A stretch of DNA of 64,000 bases, taken from Eledone cirrhosa (lineage: Eukaryota). Positions 39,830 through 53,452 of the stretch are shown piece after piece. The translations under genes and the position numbers were made by a program. The stretch covers positions 167,958,001 through 168,022,000 of the forward strand of contig OZ024743.1 in assembly GCA_964016885.1 (NCBI GenBank), in the 5' to 3' direction. Below the pieces are notes generated by a model. It ran no database searches. It was not told the origin of the DNA and was given only the letters and a program-made list of their open reading frames with translations. The stretch's first letter is position 1. The number at the start of each line of letters is the position of its first letter.

Positions 39830-40060
39830 AAAGGCCATGATATTGAAGACGAAATTGCAGTGGGTTACGATTTGCAGAAGTAAGCAGGAAGTTATATTAT
39901 GGGAACCAACTTACGGGAGACGTAGTAGAGGAAGACCTGCTCGAACATTCATCGATCAACTCTCAGACAAATACAAACTTAGTAGGAGCAGTTGCCAGGA
40001 GCGATGGAAAATCGTGAATTGTGGAGAGACTTTGTCAAGAATTTTCGGATGTGGTCACAA
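39830..40060 (+). pseudogene. RTE LINE extreme 3' remnant
   Basis: VILWEPTYGRRSRGRPARTFIDQL. Confidence 0.75.
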
Positions 40061-41509
40061 TGATGAGGATAGTGATCGAGATAAACAAATAACAGCAATA
40101 CAAAATGTTAATGATAACTAGCAATAACAGTAAATAGCAATGACAACAAAATAAGAATGAGAAAGGATTCACAAAATGGCGTACAGGTGATATTTATGAC
40201 TCTCCATACCATCACAAGATTACTTTAAAACACCACAGGTAAACCACTTCTGTTTGCAGCCGGCCTATAGATTCATAGTTAAAGTTGGTCCATTTAACTG
40301 CGCCAATTTACCAGGGCTTGGTTTTGGAGGAAACCACTTTTTCTTTATTTTTTTTTTTTCTTCCACATCCCCCACGCAACTTCCTTCGAAGGAGGGATGT
40401 TACCTGTTATTGTCAAAGTGAGTCGATCTTCCCAATAACCATAATCTTTTCTTTTATTATAAAATTTAGTAAATCACACGCCAACAGTTTAAAATCTAAT
40501 TCCAATTTGAAAGCCCCTTGACAAAGTTTCCAATTTCTTGCTGAAGTAAGAAATTAGAATTGAACTAACCACTTCCCAATTGTGAATCCAACACTCTAAC
40601 GTTTAAGCAACACGCCTTCACAAAAATGTATAGTTACCGTTATGAAAGAGTAACATTTGGTAAGTAGTCACTATATGAGACTTTGACGTAGTGGTTAGGG
40701 TATAGAAATAACAAGGGATACAGAAACGATTTATTCAAACTAAAGTTTGGTGTCCAAAGCCAACTGTATCGACTGTTTTCTCCAATTGTTTCTCACCAAC
40801 CTTTGTCAATATTCGATTGGCCGTTTTTCTCAATGACCCGCTTGAAATTCGCAACTTTACCAGAGAAAACGTTGTAATTACATATTAGGCATACTTAAGG
40901 ATGGAGGGTTATGCCAAATGTTGAAACAATTATATTATGCATACTCAAACTCTCACAAGAGAAATCCATAATGTATGGCACAAGGTTGTATGTGAATTAA
41001 CAGGCTCACACTACCACAGTGAAATGTGGTACTATATAGGATGAGATGCATGTTCAGTTACATGGCTAATGAGAAGCAATGCGATTAAAGTTTTCCCTAA
41101 TCTGCCTCATTCTTTAGAAATGAATAAAAGAAAGTTGTATACAAACTACTCAATAGGTTATATACAATAGATCTGGAAATGTTTACATGACATAAAAATA
41201 TTTTATTAATTGACAAAGAAGTATCAAGTTAATAGTCTGTCTTTTAGAAATGAACTGAGGAACACTGAAATGACATCAGCTTATCTAACTCTTTATTATA
41301 GTTTAAAATATCCGTCCTATTCTCTTTTTAATTGGTGCAACAGGATATACAGTTGTTTCTACACATGAAAAAATAAATAAATGCAGAAATAGATATAGAA
41401 AGATATTATGGCGAGTGGCAATAATTGGCCCCCTAATTGTTGCAAGGGTACACGTTCATACCACTTGCAGGTCGACCAAGATGTATCTCATTATAGGTGA
41501 TATAATAGA

Positions 41510-41523
41510 AAACAACAACAACA

Positions 41524-41585
<62 letters not shown>

Positions 41586-41586
41586 A
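41510..41586. repeat. (AAC)n-(TAC)n microsatellite
   Basis: Direct reading. Confidence 0.95.
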
Positions 41587-42529
41587 ATAACGTAATTGTT
41601 ATTGCATTTGGTGTTATTACGAAAATGGGAATATGGGAAATTGTGACATGAACGCATTTTCCTAAGAAAATACTTAGATTCAATCGATTTTGTCTTTGTC
41701 AATACAAAAGAAATCATTGCCATTATTATCATCACTATTAACATATTCACTATCATCAGAAGCAGATGGAACATCGTCGTCGTTGCTTAATATCGTGTTA
41801 CTTTTATCATGATCATCGTTCTCTCTCATTCATTCCCTCTTTCTCAAAACACTCTTGCATCCAATTAATCTACCTTTGTCAAACACTTCCCTCCTCTCAC
41901 TCCCTCTCTCCCACTCTCTCACCCCCTTTCTCTCTGTTCCACACACCTTACTTTCTCTATTACACTCTCACTCTCTCATTTTCTCATTTTCGTTCACTTC
42001 TCTCTCCTCTCTGTGTGTGGTGGTAGGGTGTGGGTATGGTGTGGGTGGGGGCGTGTATATATATACGGAAAAGGTACTCAATACATGTAGTAATCTTTAG
42101 GAGAGAGAAGTGAGAGAAAATGAGAATATTTATAGTTATAAACACACACATATATATACTACTAAAACTCCGTGATTGTGTGCTTGTCTGTAATGTAATG
42201 CAACCCAAACTCTGCATGATGGGAAAATACTTTAAAAGGAAGTCGCCCCTGAAATGGTAATACAAACGGAATAAAACAAGTTTCGCGTAAATCGGAAAGT
42301 GGGTTCACGAGATACGGGGTTTTTCCGGGTACCTTAATAAATAGATAGAGATAAAGAGATAGTAGTTGTGAGAGAGTAGATTGAAAGAGAGACATATATG
42401 TATATATAAATATATATATATATAAGTATGTATACGTACATGATGGCTGCCCCCTCGTTATCGAGTATGGCCATTGCACGAGAAGAAAAAAAAAAAAATA
42501 ATAATAATAAATAAAAAGAAAAAAAAAAG

Positions 42530-42571
<42 letters not shown>

Positions 42572-42594
42572 GCATACACACACACACACACACA

Positions 42595-42636
<42 letters not shown>

Positions 42637-42699
42637 TATACACACACACGCACACGCATAAGCATATCTACACACACACACACACACACACACGATAGC

Positions 42700-45368
42700 A
42701 ACTGACAGCGCTGCGATCGAATGTGGCTTTTTAGCCCAGCCAATGATCTAAAATGTCTTGCACAGAGTCGGCAACCAAAACATTTACTGGGAATAGTCGG
42801 CTGTGGTTGGAGTTCGTGTACTTTTGCATGTCGCTTGAGCCCTCCTGCTGATTTACATTCTCTACCACATGTTTGGCAAGCATGATGAGTAGCATCTCCA
42901 ACAGCAGCCTGGTCGTCAACCACTGGTCTAACTTTATGACTGCGAAGATGACTTTCGAGTCCAGCTTTGCTTAGGCAGAGTCTCGCACATACGCTGCATG
43001 TCAGCACCATAGGAGGACCCTCGCCGTCTGGAAGTGCAACAGCAATGCCCTTCCTCACATCCCGCTTTACTTTCTCGTATGCGATTCAAGATGCCTCAAA
43101 GGCGACTTTTCCCTCATATACAGTCTTTCTCCATTTATTACGATCAGCAGCAATATTCTCCCATGTATCAGCAGAGATGTTAGCGTCTTTCAGAGAGGCT
43201 TTCAAGGAATCCTTATACCTCTTTTTTGGTTTATGTGGCGGTCATTTTCCTTTAACCAACTCTCCATAAAAGAGTTGTTTTGGTATTCTAGAATCCTTCA
43301 TCCTGGCAAGGTGACCACTCCAACGGAGTCGTTGCTTAAGCACAAGAGCTTCTATACTGTCACACATAGAGCTTTCCAAAATCTCGACATCACTGATGTG
43401 GTCCCTCCAGTGAACGCCATGGATCCGTCTGAGACACATCTGATGGAAACGCTCCAATTGCTTAAGGTGGTGTCGATATGTGACCCAGGTCTCGCAGGCA
43501 TAAAGAAGACAAGAGAGCACACATGTCTCGCCGACCCCAGAGTCGCCTTTCTAGCTTTCCGAAAGCATCACTTGCTTTCCTAATCCTAAGTGAGATTTCA
43601 CTGTCAAGGTTGCTGTATCGATTGACAGTACTTCCCAGGTAGACAAACTGATCAACCACTCCAAGTCGTTTGCCATACACATAGATGTTTGGTTCAGTGT
43701 ACTGCTTACCAGGGGCAGGTTGGTACATGACGACGGTTTTCTTGAGACTGACAGTCAGACCTAGGGCAGTGCAAGCGTCAGAAAATGCATTCAAAATGTG
43801 CTGCATATCACTCTCTGTGTGCGCTACAAGATCGCAATCATCTGCATACAAGAGGTCTCTTATGATTGATGTAAATACTTTTGTCTTCGCAGCAAAGCGC
43901 CTGATGTTAAATATGCTGCCTGAGGTTCGATATCGGATGTAAACACCATGCTCGCAATTCCTGAATGCAATACAGAAAACCATTGCAAAGTATATGGCAA
44001 ATAGGGTCGGTGCTGGAATATCCCCCTGTTTCACTCCATTTTTTACTGAGATAGGCTCCGATATGTTACCCCCGACATTAACCCAAGCCTTCATGTCGTC
44101 ATGGAAAGTTCTAACTAAAGCAAGGAACTTATCAGGGCAACCAAGTTTCTGGAGAACCTTCCATAATGCATCTCTGTTAACAGTATCGAAAGCTTTTGTC
44201 AGATCGACAAAAACCTGATACAGATCCAAGCCTTGTTCCATGCACTTCTCATGGAGCTGTCTGGCTGAGAAGATCATATCAGTAGTGCCGCGTCCAGCAC
44301 GAAAACCAGATTGACTTTCAGGAAGAACACAATCTGCAATGTGTGTCAGCAGACGGTCCAGAAGCACCCTACATAAAACTTTCCCTACGACAGAAAGCAA
44401 TGATATACCTCTGTAGTTCCCACAATCGTTCCTGTTACCCTTTCCCTTGTACAAGACCACCATTACTGCATCTCTCCAGTCCTCAGGTACGGATTCATTA
44501 GCCCATATCCTGCCAAACAAAGAGTGAAGATGTTGCAGGAGTCTCTCACCACCATATTGTAGGAGCTCAGCATGTATGCCATCCATACCTGGAGATCTTC
44601 CGCTGTTCAGCTTCGAAATAGCCACTGCAACCTCCACAAGCGTCGGAGGTTCTGCGAGAGCTACTTTCACAGGACTCTCTGGAATGAGATTGAGGAAATC
44701 TTCACTGACGACAGACGGCTGATTCAAAAGATCATCAAAGTGCTCTCGCCACCTTCGTAGAATTCCTTGTGAGTCACGAAGAAGTTCTTTGCCATCCTTG
44801 CTGCGAAGTGGTGTCACCAGAGAAGAAGACGGTCCATAAACCTCACGCAAGAGACTGTACAACAGCTTTGTGTTATTGGAATCAGACGCAGTTTGTATCT
44901 CACCAGCCTTCTCACTCCACCACTGATCCTTCATCTGAGAAAGACTCCGCCTAACACGTGATTTTACATCCCTGAGTTCCTCATGCAACGTATTCCTCTC
45001 CTGTGGTTTTGCCGTCAAGCAGCGTGAAAGAGCACGCCTCCTATCAGCCAACAAGTCTTCTATATGTACATCATTCTCATCAAACCAGTCCTGATGTTTC
45101 CTCTGCGCCAATCCCAGAACATCATAAACCGACTTTTTAAGGGTCGACCAATCCTCACCAAAATCTGCAGCCTGCATCTCTTCTTCCAATGTCCTCTTCA
45201 CATTTTTATCCTTAAGCCGAGCATCATTCAATCTTTTGGGCAGGGCAACACCAGGAGCCCGGATTTTACGTTTAGTGATTAGTTTCACTTTTGCGCGTAC
45301 CAGGCGGTGGTCCGTCCAGCACTCAGCTCCACGAAGAACACGAACACACTGCACATCCTGTCTGCCAC
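42700..45368 (-). mobile_element. RTE-clade LINE, 5'-truncated: end of AP endonuclease, RT, C-terminal C2H2 zinc fingers; long open frame with breaks near 43510 and 43240-43050
   Basis: CWTDHRLV, GRSPGMDGI, NYRGISLLS, QSGFRAGRGTTD, FVDLTKAFDTV, GVKQGD, LLYADD, FVYLGS, LRWSGHLARM..RIPKQLFYGEL. Confidence 0.95.
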
Positions 45369-45895
45369 GTATGTATACGTACATACATATATGTATACAG
45401 ACGTACAGTAGTATGTATATATATATACATACATGCACACATATATATGTACGTATGGATTCACCGGACATTTATTATAATGCTCGGTGTGTTTGTAAAC
45501 AAACATCGCGAATTAAGCCGTACAGTGTCTAGCAACCATCGTTGCTCATTTGTTCAACCCTGACAAAGGAACGCTGTACTAGTTTCAAGCGTATTAGCTA
45601 ACGATAGCTAATAAGCTTGAAACTAGTAGAGCGTTCCTTTGTCAGGGTTGAACAGATGAGCAACGATGGTTGCTAGACACTGTACGACTTAATTCGCGAT
45701 GTTTGTTTACAAACACACCGAGCATTATAATAAATGTTCGGTGAATCCATACGTACATATATATATGTGTGCATGTATGTATATATATATACATACTACT
45801 GTACGTCTGTATACATATATGTATGTACGTATACATACTTATATTTAAGTAACAGCCGTATTAAGAGTGAGAAATGAAATTTCGTTTCATTTTTT
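45369..45895 (+). mobile_element. PLE terminal-repeat palindrome (~230 bp arms, 4-nt loop ACGA at 45601-45604)
   Basis: 45369-45600 is the reverse complement of 45605-45838; homologous to the HHR-bearing repeat at 53800-54080. Confidence 0.85.
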
Positions 45896-45900
45896 CCGTT

Positions 45901-45962
<62 letters not shown>

Positions 45963-46069
45963 ACCTGAGTTTTTCGAATATTAATAACATTCGATTCGTT
46001 TGCAATTATGCAAACAAGCCTCAGTAGAATGAACACTTCATTCTTGCTCTTATGTTGGCATGCGAACAG

Positions 46070-46117
46070 AACTGCAGATACTAATGTTTCTGGGTATCAC
46101 CCTTCATCAGTACAGCT
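46070..46117 (-). ncRNA. Type-I hammerhead ribozyme motif
   Basis: Minus strand: AGCTGTA-CTGATGA-aGGGTgatACCCa-GAAA-CATTAGTA-TC-TGCAGTT. Confidence 0.8.
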
Positions 46118-46134
46118 CACTGTTCACCTACCAC

Positions 46135-46520
46135 ACTGTCAGAGTTCGTGAAAATATATGCTAATTTCAAAAATATACATTGACTGATCGGCCTGATTTG
46201 CATATTAGCAGACTGGTTAATCAGTCAGATCTGCATATTAGCAGATCCACTGATCAGCCAGATTTGCATATCAGCAGACTGATATGTCATGTAGAGCGAA
46301 AGTTTCTTTTTTATTGGAATTTGGCAAAGACGGCCATTTATCGCTTGTATACAGGAAACTGACTGGTCAGTCTGCTGTATGCAAATCTGGCTGATCAGTG
46401 GATCTGCTAATATGCAGATCTGACTGATCAACCAGTCTGCTAATATGCAAATCAGGCCGATCAGTCACTCAGTCACTGTCTATTTTTGAAAATAGCATAT
46501 ATTTTCATAGCTCTGACAGT
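46135..46520. mobile_element. MITE/fold-back with ~150 bp TIRs containing ~33 bp subrepeats
   Basis: ACTGTCAGAG...ATTTGCATATTAGCAGACTG repeats mirrored as CAGTCTGCTAATATGCAAAT...CTCTGACAGT. Confidence 0.8.
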
Positions 46521-47495
46521 TTGGCATGTGAAAGTGTGACGAGGAGGTACGGGTACTTCACCAATGCAGTGTCGGAAGCAAGTGAGACCCTGGTGCCGAG
46601 GAGAGAGAAGAGGAAGCACGTCAGCTCTGCAGATCCAAAAGTGTGTGCAGACAGAGAATGCATGAAAGCTGCCAAGGACCAATTCTATGCTGATCCTACG
46701 GGGAAGAGGAAGGAGAATATGGAGGTGATGAGGGAAGAACTCTGTACCGCTTACACTGAGGCCAGAGAAGAGGCACTGATAGAGAAGATCAGAAGTGTGG
46801 AGAGAGCGGTTGACAGGTCTGGGTGTAAGAAGAGCTGGATGATCATCAACGAGATCACAGGGAGGAAGAGAGGGGGTTCGAGTTAGATCCAGGGACAGGG
46901 CCCGAGGATAGGAAGAGGAAATGGCTGAAATATTTCAGGGCCCTACTAGGAGAGCCGCCCTCCACAGCCCAGAACACTGGGGAGATCAGGTGGCTGTTTG
47001 AGGAACAGGATATTGAGACAGGACCCTTCACCAGAGAGGAGCTTCAGAGAGCCAAGAAGAGGATCAAGGAGGGCAAGGATCATGGAGTAGATGGAGTGGC
47101 ATAAGAGGTGATGGAGAGGTGTGATTTTGATTATATCATCTTGGGGTTCTGTAACCAGGCACTGGAGAAAGGAGTTGCCCCGAATCAGTGGAGGATCAGT
47201 AACATCGTCCCAGTGCCAAAGAAGGGAGATATCTCTAACACCAACAACTACAGGGGGTCTCACTGACGTCACTCGTGGCAAAGACCCACAACAGGATGAT
47301 TATTAACAGGATCCAGCCCGAAATGGAGAAAAAGCTCAGGGACAACCAGAATGGTTTCAGAGAGGGAAGATCAACCATCAGCCACATCCTGATGCTGAGA
47401 AGGATATTAGAGGGAGCTAGAACAAAGAGCTTTCCTGCTGTCATGGTTTTCATTGACTTTAGGATGGCCTTTGATTCTGTGGATCGTCACTGCTA
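46521..47495 (+). pseudogene. Decayed RTE-like LINE RT fragment
   Basis: IVPVPKKGDISNTNNYRG, NQNGFREGRSTISHILMLRRILE, FIDFRMAFDSVDR. Confidence 0.85.
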
Positions 47496-47863
47496 GTGTT
47501 GATCAACAGTCGAAGCCAACGATTTAAACAACTACGGCCTCTGTAGATGAACACTAGCAGGGAGTGAAAGAGAGCTTGGACAGAAATATGAAGTTTCCTG
47601 TCTAAATATGTATGTAAACACTTTTCTCCATTTTATTATTATTCGTATTAATTTGCAATTTAACTGCCCTTTCCACATCCATCGTTGAAAAAGCATATAA
47701 TGGTACGCGATTAAATTCGAAAATCCATTCTTTATAAATAAATGTTTTGATATTATACTGAAAAAATCCCTTCAGCATTTTCTACTCTATTTTTTCCTTT
47801 TTGCTATTTGTTTATATATATTAACACGTGTGTCACGTTTCTACATTCACGTTTCTACATATA

Positions 47864-48065
47864 CAAGGTGTGTCAAAGAGAATCTTCCAATTTTATTCAT
47901 CATTTTTCCAAATGCTTAATATGTAAATAACTTTATTAAAATTTATATGAGTTATTAAAAAGAATAAAAGTTTACATCAGACATGTATTGTAATTACTAC
48001 ATGATTATATGCCCATTTGTTAAAATAATAAAGCCTTTTGGAATATACTTTTTTGATACACACAG
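47864..48065. mobile_element. Tc1/mariner-type MITE
   Basis: TA-CAAGGTGTGTCAAA ... TTTGATACACACAG-TA. Confidence 0.6.
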
Positions 48066-48115
<50 letters not shown>

Positions 48116-48302
48116 ATTTATGTTGGATGGCATAACTAATCGGCAGATCTAGTCATTCCGGTCAACAAATCATGATGAATAACTTAAAGCACTCGACATT
48201 GTACAAATCATCCATCGTAGGTGTGGTATCTCGTAGTTTGTGCAGGAACGGAGTTAAATATTTAAAAGAAAACATAAGACCGTATTCCAAATATAGTTTT
48301 AA

Positions 48303-48584
48303 TGCTGCAAAATCATAATACGTATTTCTATGCCCTGGTTACATAATCATATCGTAAATTGCAAAGATTAAGTAATTAATTACAGGATTGCGGAGGTGAT
48401 TCGTCGCAATAATAACACCGAATTTTGGGCCGTCTCCGAATCACGTCCATTCTCTGTTTATGTTTGCCACAATCCTGTAATAAATTAGCTAATCTTTGCA
48501 ATTTACGATAACGTCGACAAAGTCTTCTGTCATGATCTGATTATGTAACTATGCCATAGACATACGTATTGTGATTTTGCCGCA
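48303..48584. repeat. Fold-back with degenerate HHR 3' half (GAAA-TACGTA-TT)
   Basis: 48303-48392 is roughly the reverse complement of 48467-48584. Confidence 0.65.
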
Positions 48585-48599
48585 ATCAGAGATGTTCAG

Positions 48600-50020
48600 T
48601 CTGAAATCCTCTCGGATTTCCTGGCCATATCGTATATGAACAGATTGAACGGCGAGTACTCAAGCTCCTTCGACACCTGCGCTGTCTTTAGTAGATATGT
48701 GGATGATATACCCATTCACCAATGATTTTCGAATATTTCACCAATGCTGACAATAACATCAAGTTCAACATCGAACATCCCACCGACTCCGGGTCCTTCG
48801 CTCTACCTGATTTCAGACTGAACATCTCTGCTAGCGGTGAAATCCTCCCCGATAACTACCGCAAAGCGGCCAGCAGGGACCTGTTTGTTCTATAAATCTG
48901 CCCTCCCCAATCTGCTCTAAAAGAGGGTACATCTTCAACGAAATGGCTCGCATACGCAACCGATGCAGCGACGCAGCTAATAGAGCCACCCATATCAGAC
49001 AATTCCACAAAATACTAGAAATTAACGACTACCCAACTGTCTTCTCCACCCTACGACAAAATCCCAGGCGCAGAGACCGGACCAACACAAACAACAGTTG
49101 CTTCTTCACGATCCCACATCCCAGCGAGGAAACCACCAACGCCATACGCAAAACCATCTTCCCTGCGAAGATGCCTCTCCACAAGACAACCCCTCAACGA
49201 GGATAACGGATGCATCCTAGCCAATTGCCCTACCCACAACACCAATTGTTGCCTACGTACCTACGTAGTATACAGGCTAGAATGTAACAGATGCAATCTA
49301 TTGTACATAGGCTGCACTATTCGACCGTTACGTTTTTGTATTAAAGACCATGTTAACACCAACTCTTCTTCCTTCCACAAACACATCATCAAATGCAGAA
49401 GCCGGGACAACAACATTACCACCTTAGTTTAGTTACAGAACGCAGTATAGGCACGCTGAGAATTAAGGAAACACTCTTGATCAAGTAATTAAAACCTAGG
49501 ATCAATAATCGAATAGAAAGAAGTACACCAGAATGGTTAATTTAAAGCCTGTATTCCCAGCGGCCAGTTTCATTCTTTCTTTCAAATTAAATCTGTCCTC
49601 ACTAGGCAAATACACTTAGACTCACACATATTTTTCCCGTTTTATTATATACATATTCGCACTCACCTTTCACTACATGAACTTATATTCATGCACACAC
49701 ATACACACGAGAGCATGTCAATTCCCATCGATTTTAAATCGATGGGAATTGACATGCTTTCTTTCGAGAGCAGATTTAAGTTGTTCGAAATGTTAACGTC
49801 TTTTCATTTCATTTAAATTAAATCTGCTCTCGAACGAAAACAAGTCAATTCCCATCGATTTTAAAAGTCCATCATAGGGTTACACCCTTGATAAGAGTTT
49901 TTAAATCCAAAAATATTTGGGAGCATTAACTTTGTTACGGTAAAATACTTTTATTATCTTGGCTATTTAATGTTCTTTCTAACGCATTGTTCGGTTTTCA
50001 AAATTTAAATTGGCGTTATA
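48600..50020 (+). mobile_element. Decayed PLE (related to 2748-3861) with 3' repeat carrying hairpins and a degenerate HHR (49885-49921)
   Basis: RYVDDI, IKFNIEHPTD, YVVYRLECNRC..YIGCT; CCC-TTGATAA-...-AAAA-ATAT-TT-GGG. Confidence 0.8.
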
Positions 50021-50032
50021 TATATACATATA

Positions 50033-50073
<41 letters not shown>

Positions 50074-50114
50074 AAAGAACACAAGAGCGTCTACAACATC
50101 AACAGATTTTTATT

Positions 50115-50161
50115 GGCTTACAATGTTTCTTCCTTACGTAACCGTAGGATTCGTCAGAGCT
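50115..50161 (-). ncRNA. Minimal hammerhead ribozyme motif
   Basis: Minus strand: GCT-CTGACGA-aTCCTACGgttaCGTAaGGAa-GAAA-CATTG-TA-AGC. Confidence 0.75.
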
Positions 50162-50939
50162 ATAAAAGGGGTTTGATTGGTGTTATGGACTCTACCAACC
50201 AAACATTCAAGAACAAAGAGTAAAGAGAGTAAAGAGCAAAAGTAGGGGACGATAAGTCTAATTTTGGTGCGGGAGGGTGGGGTGTGGGTCCTTGTTTACT
50301 AGCTGCGGTCATATTCATTCCCGGGAGTCGAGTGGTTAGCTGAACTATAGATGGGGTGGCGTCGATAGTATGGTGCAGAGGGTGTGCAGAGGCTACACAA
50401 ACACAAAGGGCATACAATATATATATATATAACGGAGGAGAAAGTACATGAGGTAATTAGAAATGGAAAAAGAGTAATAATAATAATCTATAATTAATTG
50501 TTTCTACTTTAGGCACAAGGCCAGCAATTACCCAGTGCATTACTGGTACTTTATTTTATTATTCTATAATGTATAATGTATAATGTATAATGTATAATGT
50601 ATAATAATGTATAATAAGGCATGGGGAAGATTACACTATAATAAGGTATAAAAGTAAGAATAAGGTAAAATATAAAGGAGGATAAAAGTGGAAATAATAA
50701 AGATAAAAAAATATATATGTAAAAAAATATATAGAGAATATATAAAGAAATATAAGCGAATATTTGGAGGGGAAAACATAATGTAAAAAAACCGATTTTT
50801 TCAAATAAAAATAAAAATATTATAATTATGGGGGGAGAAAACGGGATAGAGAAATATGAGCAAATGTGATTAGTTGAGAGAATATAAGATGATAATAGTT
50901 ATGTCAATTTTATACATCTTAATAATAAATAATATGTGT

Positions 50940-52100
50940 ATCAGAGTTACAGAACCTTCAATTCACTTACAGGTTCAAGCCACGTGGCATAGTCCATTGT
51001 TTATCTGTACTGTCATGCGCGTTTGTTTTTGACACCACAGCAGATGCACAAGTTCGTAAATTCCAATGCAGATAGAAGTCTATTTTTGCTCACCCGGACA
51101 TTGACGGAGGATCCAATATTCCTAGTTCAATATGTGTGTGGTGTTATTTTGGTCGCACAAATCAATCACTTGGTTCAATATTATGGAGTATGGTTTTCTG
51201 GTCTTCGTAACAGTGTCAGTGGTTGTATATCTCGAAATCACAAGGATCACAGTACTCCGGTTTGGTGTGATTATCGGTCATCCAGCTATGTTGTTGGTGG
51301 TTGGATTCAATTCTATTAGCCCGAACGTTGAACTTTGGTGTCGATAGAACATTAACGAGGCAGGGTGAGATCGCATCTGTGGTACAAAACGGTACGCAAG
51401 GAAATTCTTCGTCTTCGTTTCATCCGGGTCCAGCAGTTACGTGCAAGAACCGCTACATAGTAATTATGGGGTTAATCGGTCAAGTCAGCAACTGACCGAA
51501 AATTCTCTTAGGAATTCAGACAGGCATGACAGGCACATTTAGGTCAGCAGTTTCTTTATGTGTACGTGTGTCCGACACACACAGACACACATTTATATGT
51601 ATTTCAACTAAAAAACTCAATTGATTCACCCACTGGTACTACAATCGGTCAAAACAGCAACTGGCCGAAAATTCCCTTAGGAATTCAGACAGGCATGACA
51701 GGTACATTTAGGTCAGCAGCTTCTTTATGTATACGTGTGTCCGATACACACAGACACATATCCATATGTATTTCAACTCCAAAAAATTCAGTTGATTCGC
51801 CTATTGATATTATATCTGTGTTGCTCAGATGTGCATGTTGTGGTGTTCTGGTCGTGCATAGCATTCACTGTGTTTTGCCATTACCTTGGAATGTGATGTT
51901 ATGGTCATCAATAGTCCGGCAAGCGCATTTCTCTTTCTCTCTTATATTGCGAAGAATGGTGTTCTGGTCCTCAGTAAACATTTGGGTCAGCGGGAGGGGT
52001 GGTGGTTCTCAGTTTCAACTTCGACAATACATATGTGTTACTCTGCATATCGTGCTCCTCTCAAAGAAGAGTATTATAGGAGGAATTCGTGCCACACACC
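50940..52100 (-). pseudogene. Heavily decayed PLE remnant interrupted by a ~170 bp tandem duplication (51473-51800)
   Basis: Weak RT-thumb/EN-like relics; duplicated AATCGGTCAA...TTGATTC unit. Confidence 0.4.
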
Positions 52101-52599
52101 ACATATAGAGAGGATTTCTACAAAAAAGTATAATACATATACACATATATACACACATCATACACTCACACATACACATACACACACATACGCATACATA
52201 TATATATTCACATACATGTCACATATACACATACACACAATATAATACGCATGCATACAATATACATATATATATATATATATACAATATACATGCATAC
52301 AATGTACGCACCCATGCATGCATGCACACATGCACGCACACACACATACATATGTCTGTGTGTGTGTGAGAGAGAGAGAAAAAAGGAGAATACACACACA
52401 CACACACATACACACACATACACACACACACGCAAAAACACCAACCTTGTAGGGGACTGTACCTGCCTTAGGGTACCTATCTATCTGGGTTACGGGTTGG
52501 GGGGGAGCTATAGTCTAGCTGGGGTAGCGTGATATATGTTACGTCTATGTGCTAGGTTTAAAATAGAAGAGGGAACTCAGGATTTTGTGTTGGCAAGAG

Positions 52600-53368
52600 G
52601 AGAAAATTTCCGATTTCCTGTTAAGCAGGTTCAGTTTAGAGTGTATTATGGCATGGCATTCCAGTAAACACAGGTCACAACTTCCGCTCTGCGGTTGGAT
52701 GGCGTGGATCTAGTAAGCTTCCTCCAAAAAAGTTTGTATGGGGTACTATTATTTTTTAAAAAGGAGATGTATACCGCCAGTGAGGTGGCATTCTTATGTC
52801 TGTCGTGTCTAAATGTGTATATATGCGCGTTAAATCTAGTTTTAAATGTATTGGACGTTGCTCCTATATATGTTTTGGTAGAGTTGTGTGTGGTTACGTC
52901 ACATGCATATACGATGTTTTTCATGAGGCAATCCCCCCTTAGGGGACAATTACTACTCCGCCTACAATTGCAACTGCGGGTTCGATTAGTTAGCGTACCT
53001 CCCGAAGTTTGGTTACTAGCATTATCACTAGGTGCCTCTATATCATTAGATGGCTCATTGATGCTATTATGTTGCCCATTTTCCAGTGTAGTCGGTTGCT
53101 GGTGGTTAACTGCCATTTTAATTGCTTCGAAACCTTCTCTAGTTTTCCTAATGTTCGTGTGCGCTAGGTGTGATGTGAGGTTAGGTGTGGTCGAATAGGA
53201 TAATTTAATTACGTTTTTGTTAATTATGTTGCGATATCTATTGTCTGGTGGGAAGTTTTTTTCCAATAATGATAAGAATACTCTGGGGAGGTTAGTGAGG
53301 ACCTCAGAGTTAAAAGGTGGGTTAAAATACATGTTTTTCCTTCTTCTATTTTTCTTATCTGTGGGGTG
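52600..53368 (-). pseudogene. 5'-truncated PLE linker + GIY-YIG
   Basis: RRKNMYFNPPFNSEV, KLSYSTTPNL, CNCRRSSNCPLRGDCLMKNIVY, TYIGATSNTFKTRFNAH. Confidence 0.9.
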
Positions 53369-53452
53369 AGTATATATATATATATATATATAGAGTGTAT
53401 ATATATATATATATATAGAGTGAGTATATATATATATATATAGAGAGAGAGA

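Noticed and set aside
42162-43058. 298-aa ORF as a host C2H2 zinc-finger gene
   Set aside because: The fingers are the tail of the RTE LINE; the rest is microsatellite read-through
45369-45471. N-terminus of the 669-aa ORF
   Set aside because: Derives from the adjacent palindrome, not from the LINE; the element is 5'-truncated
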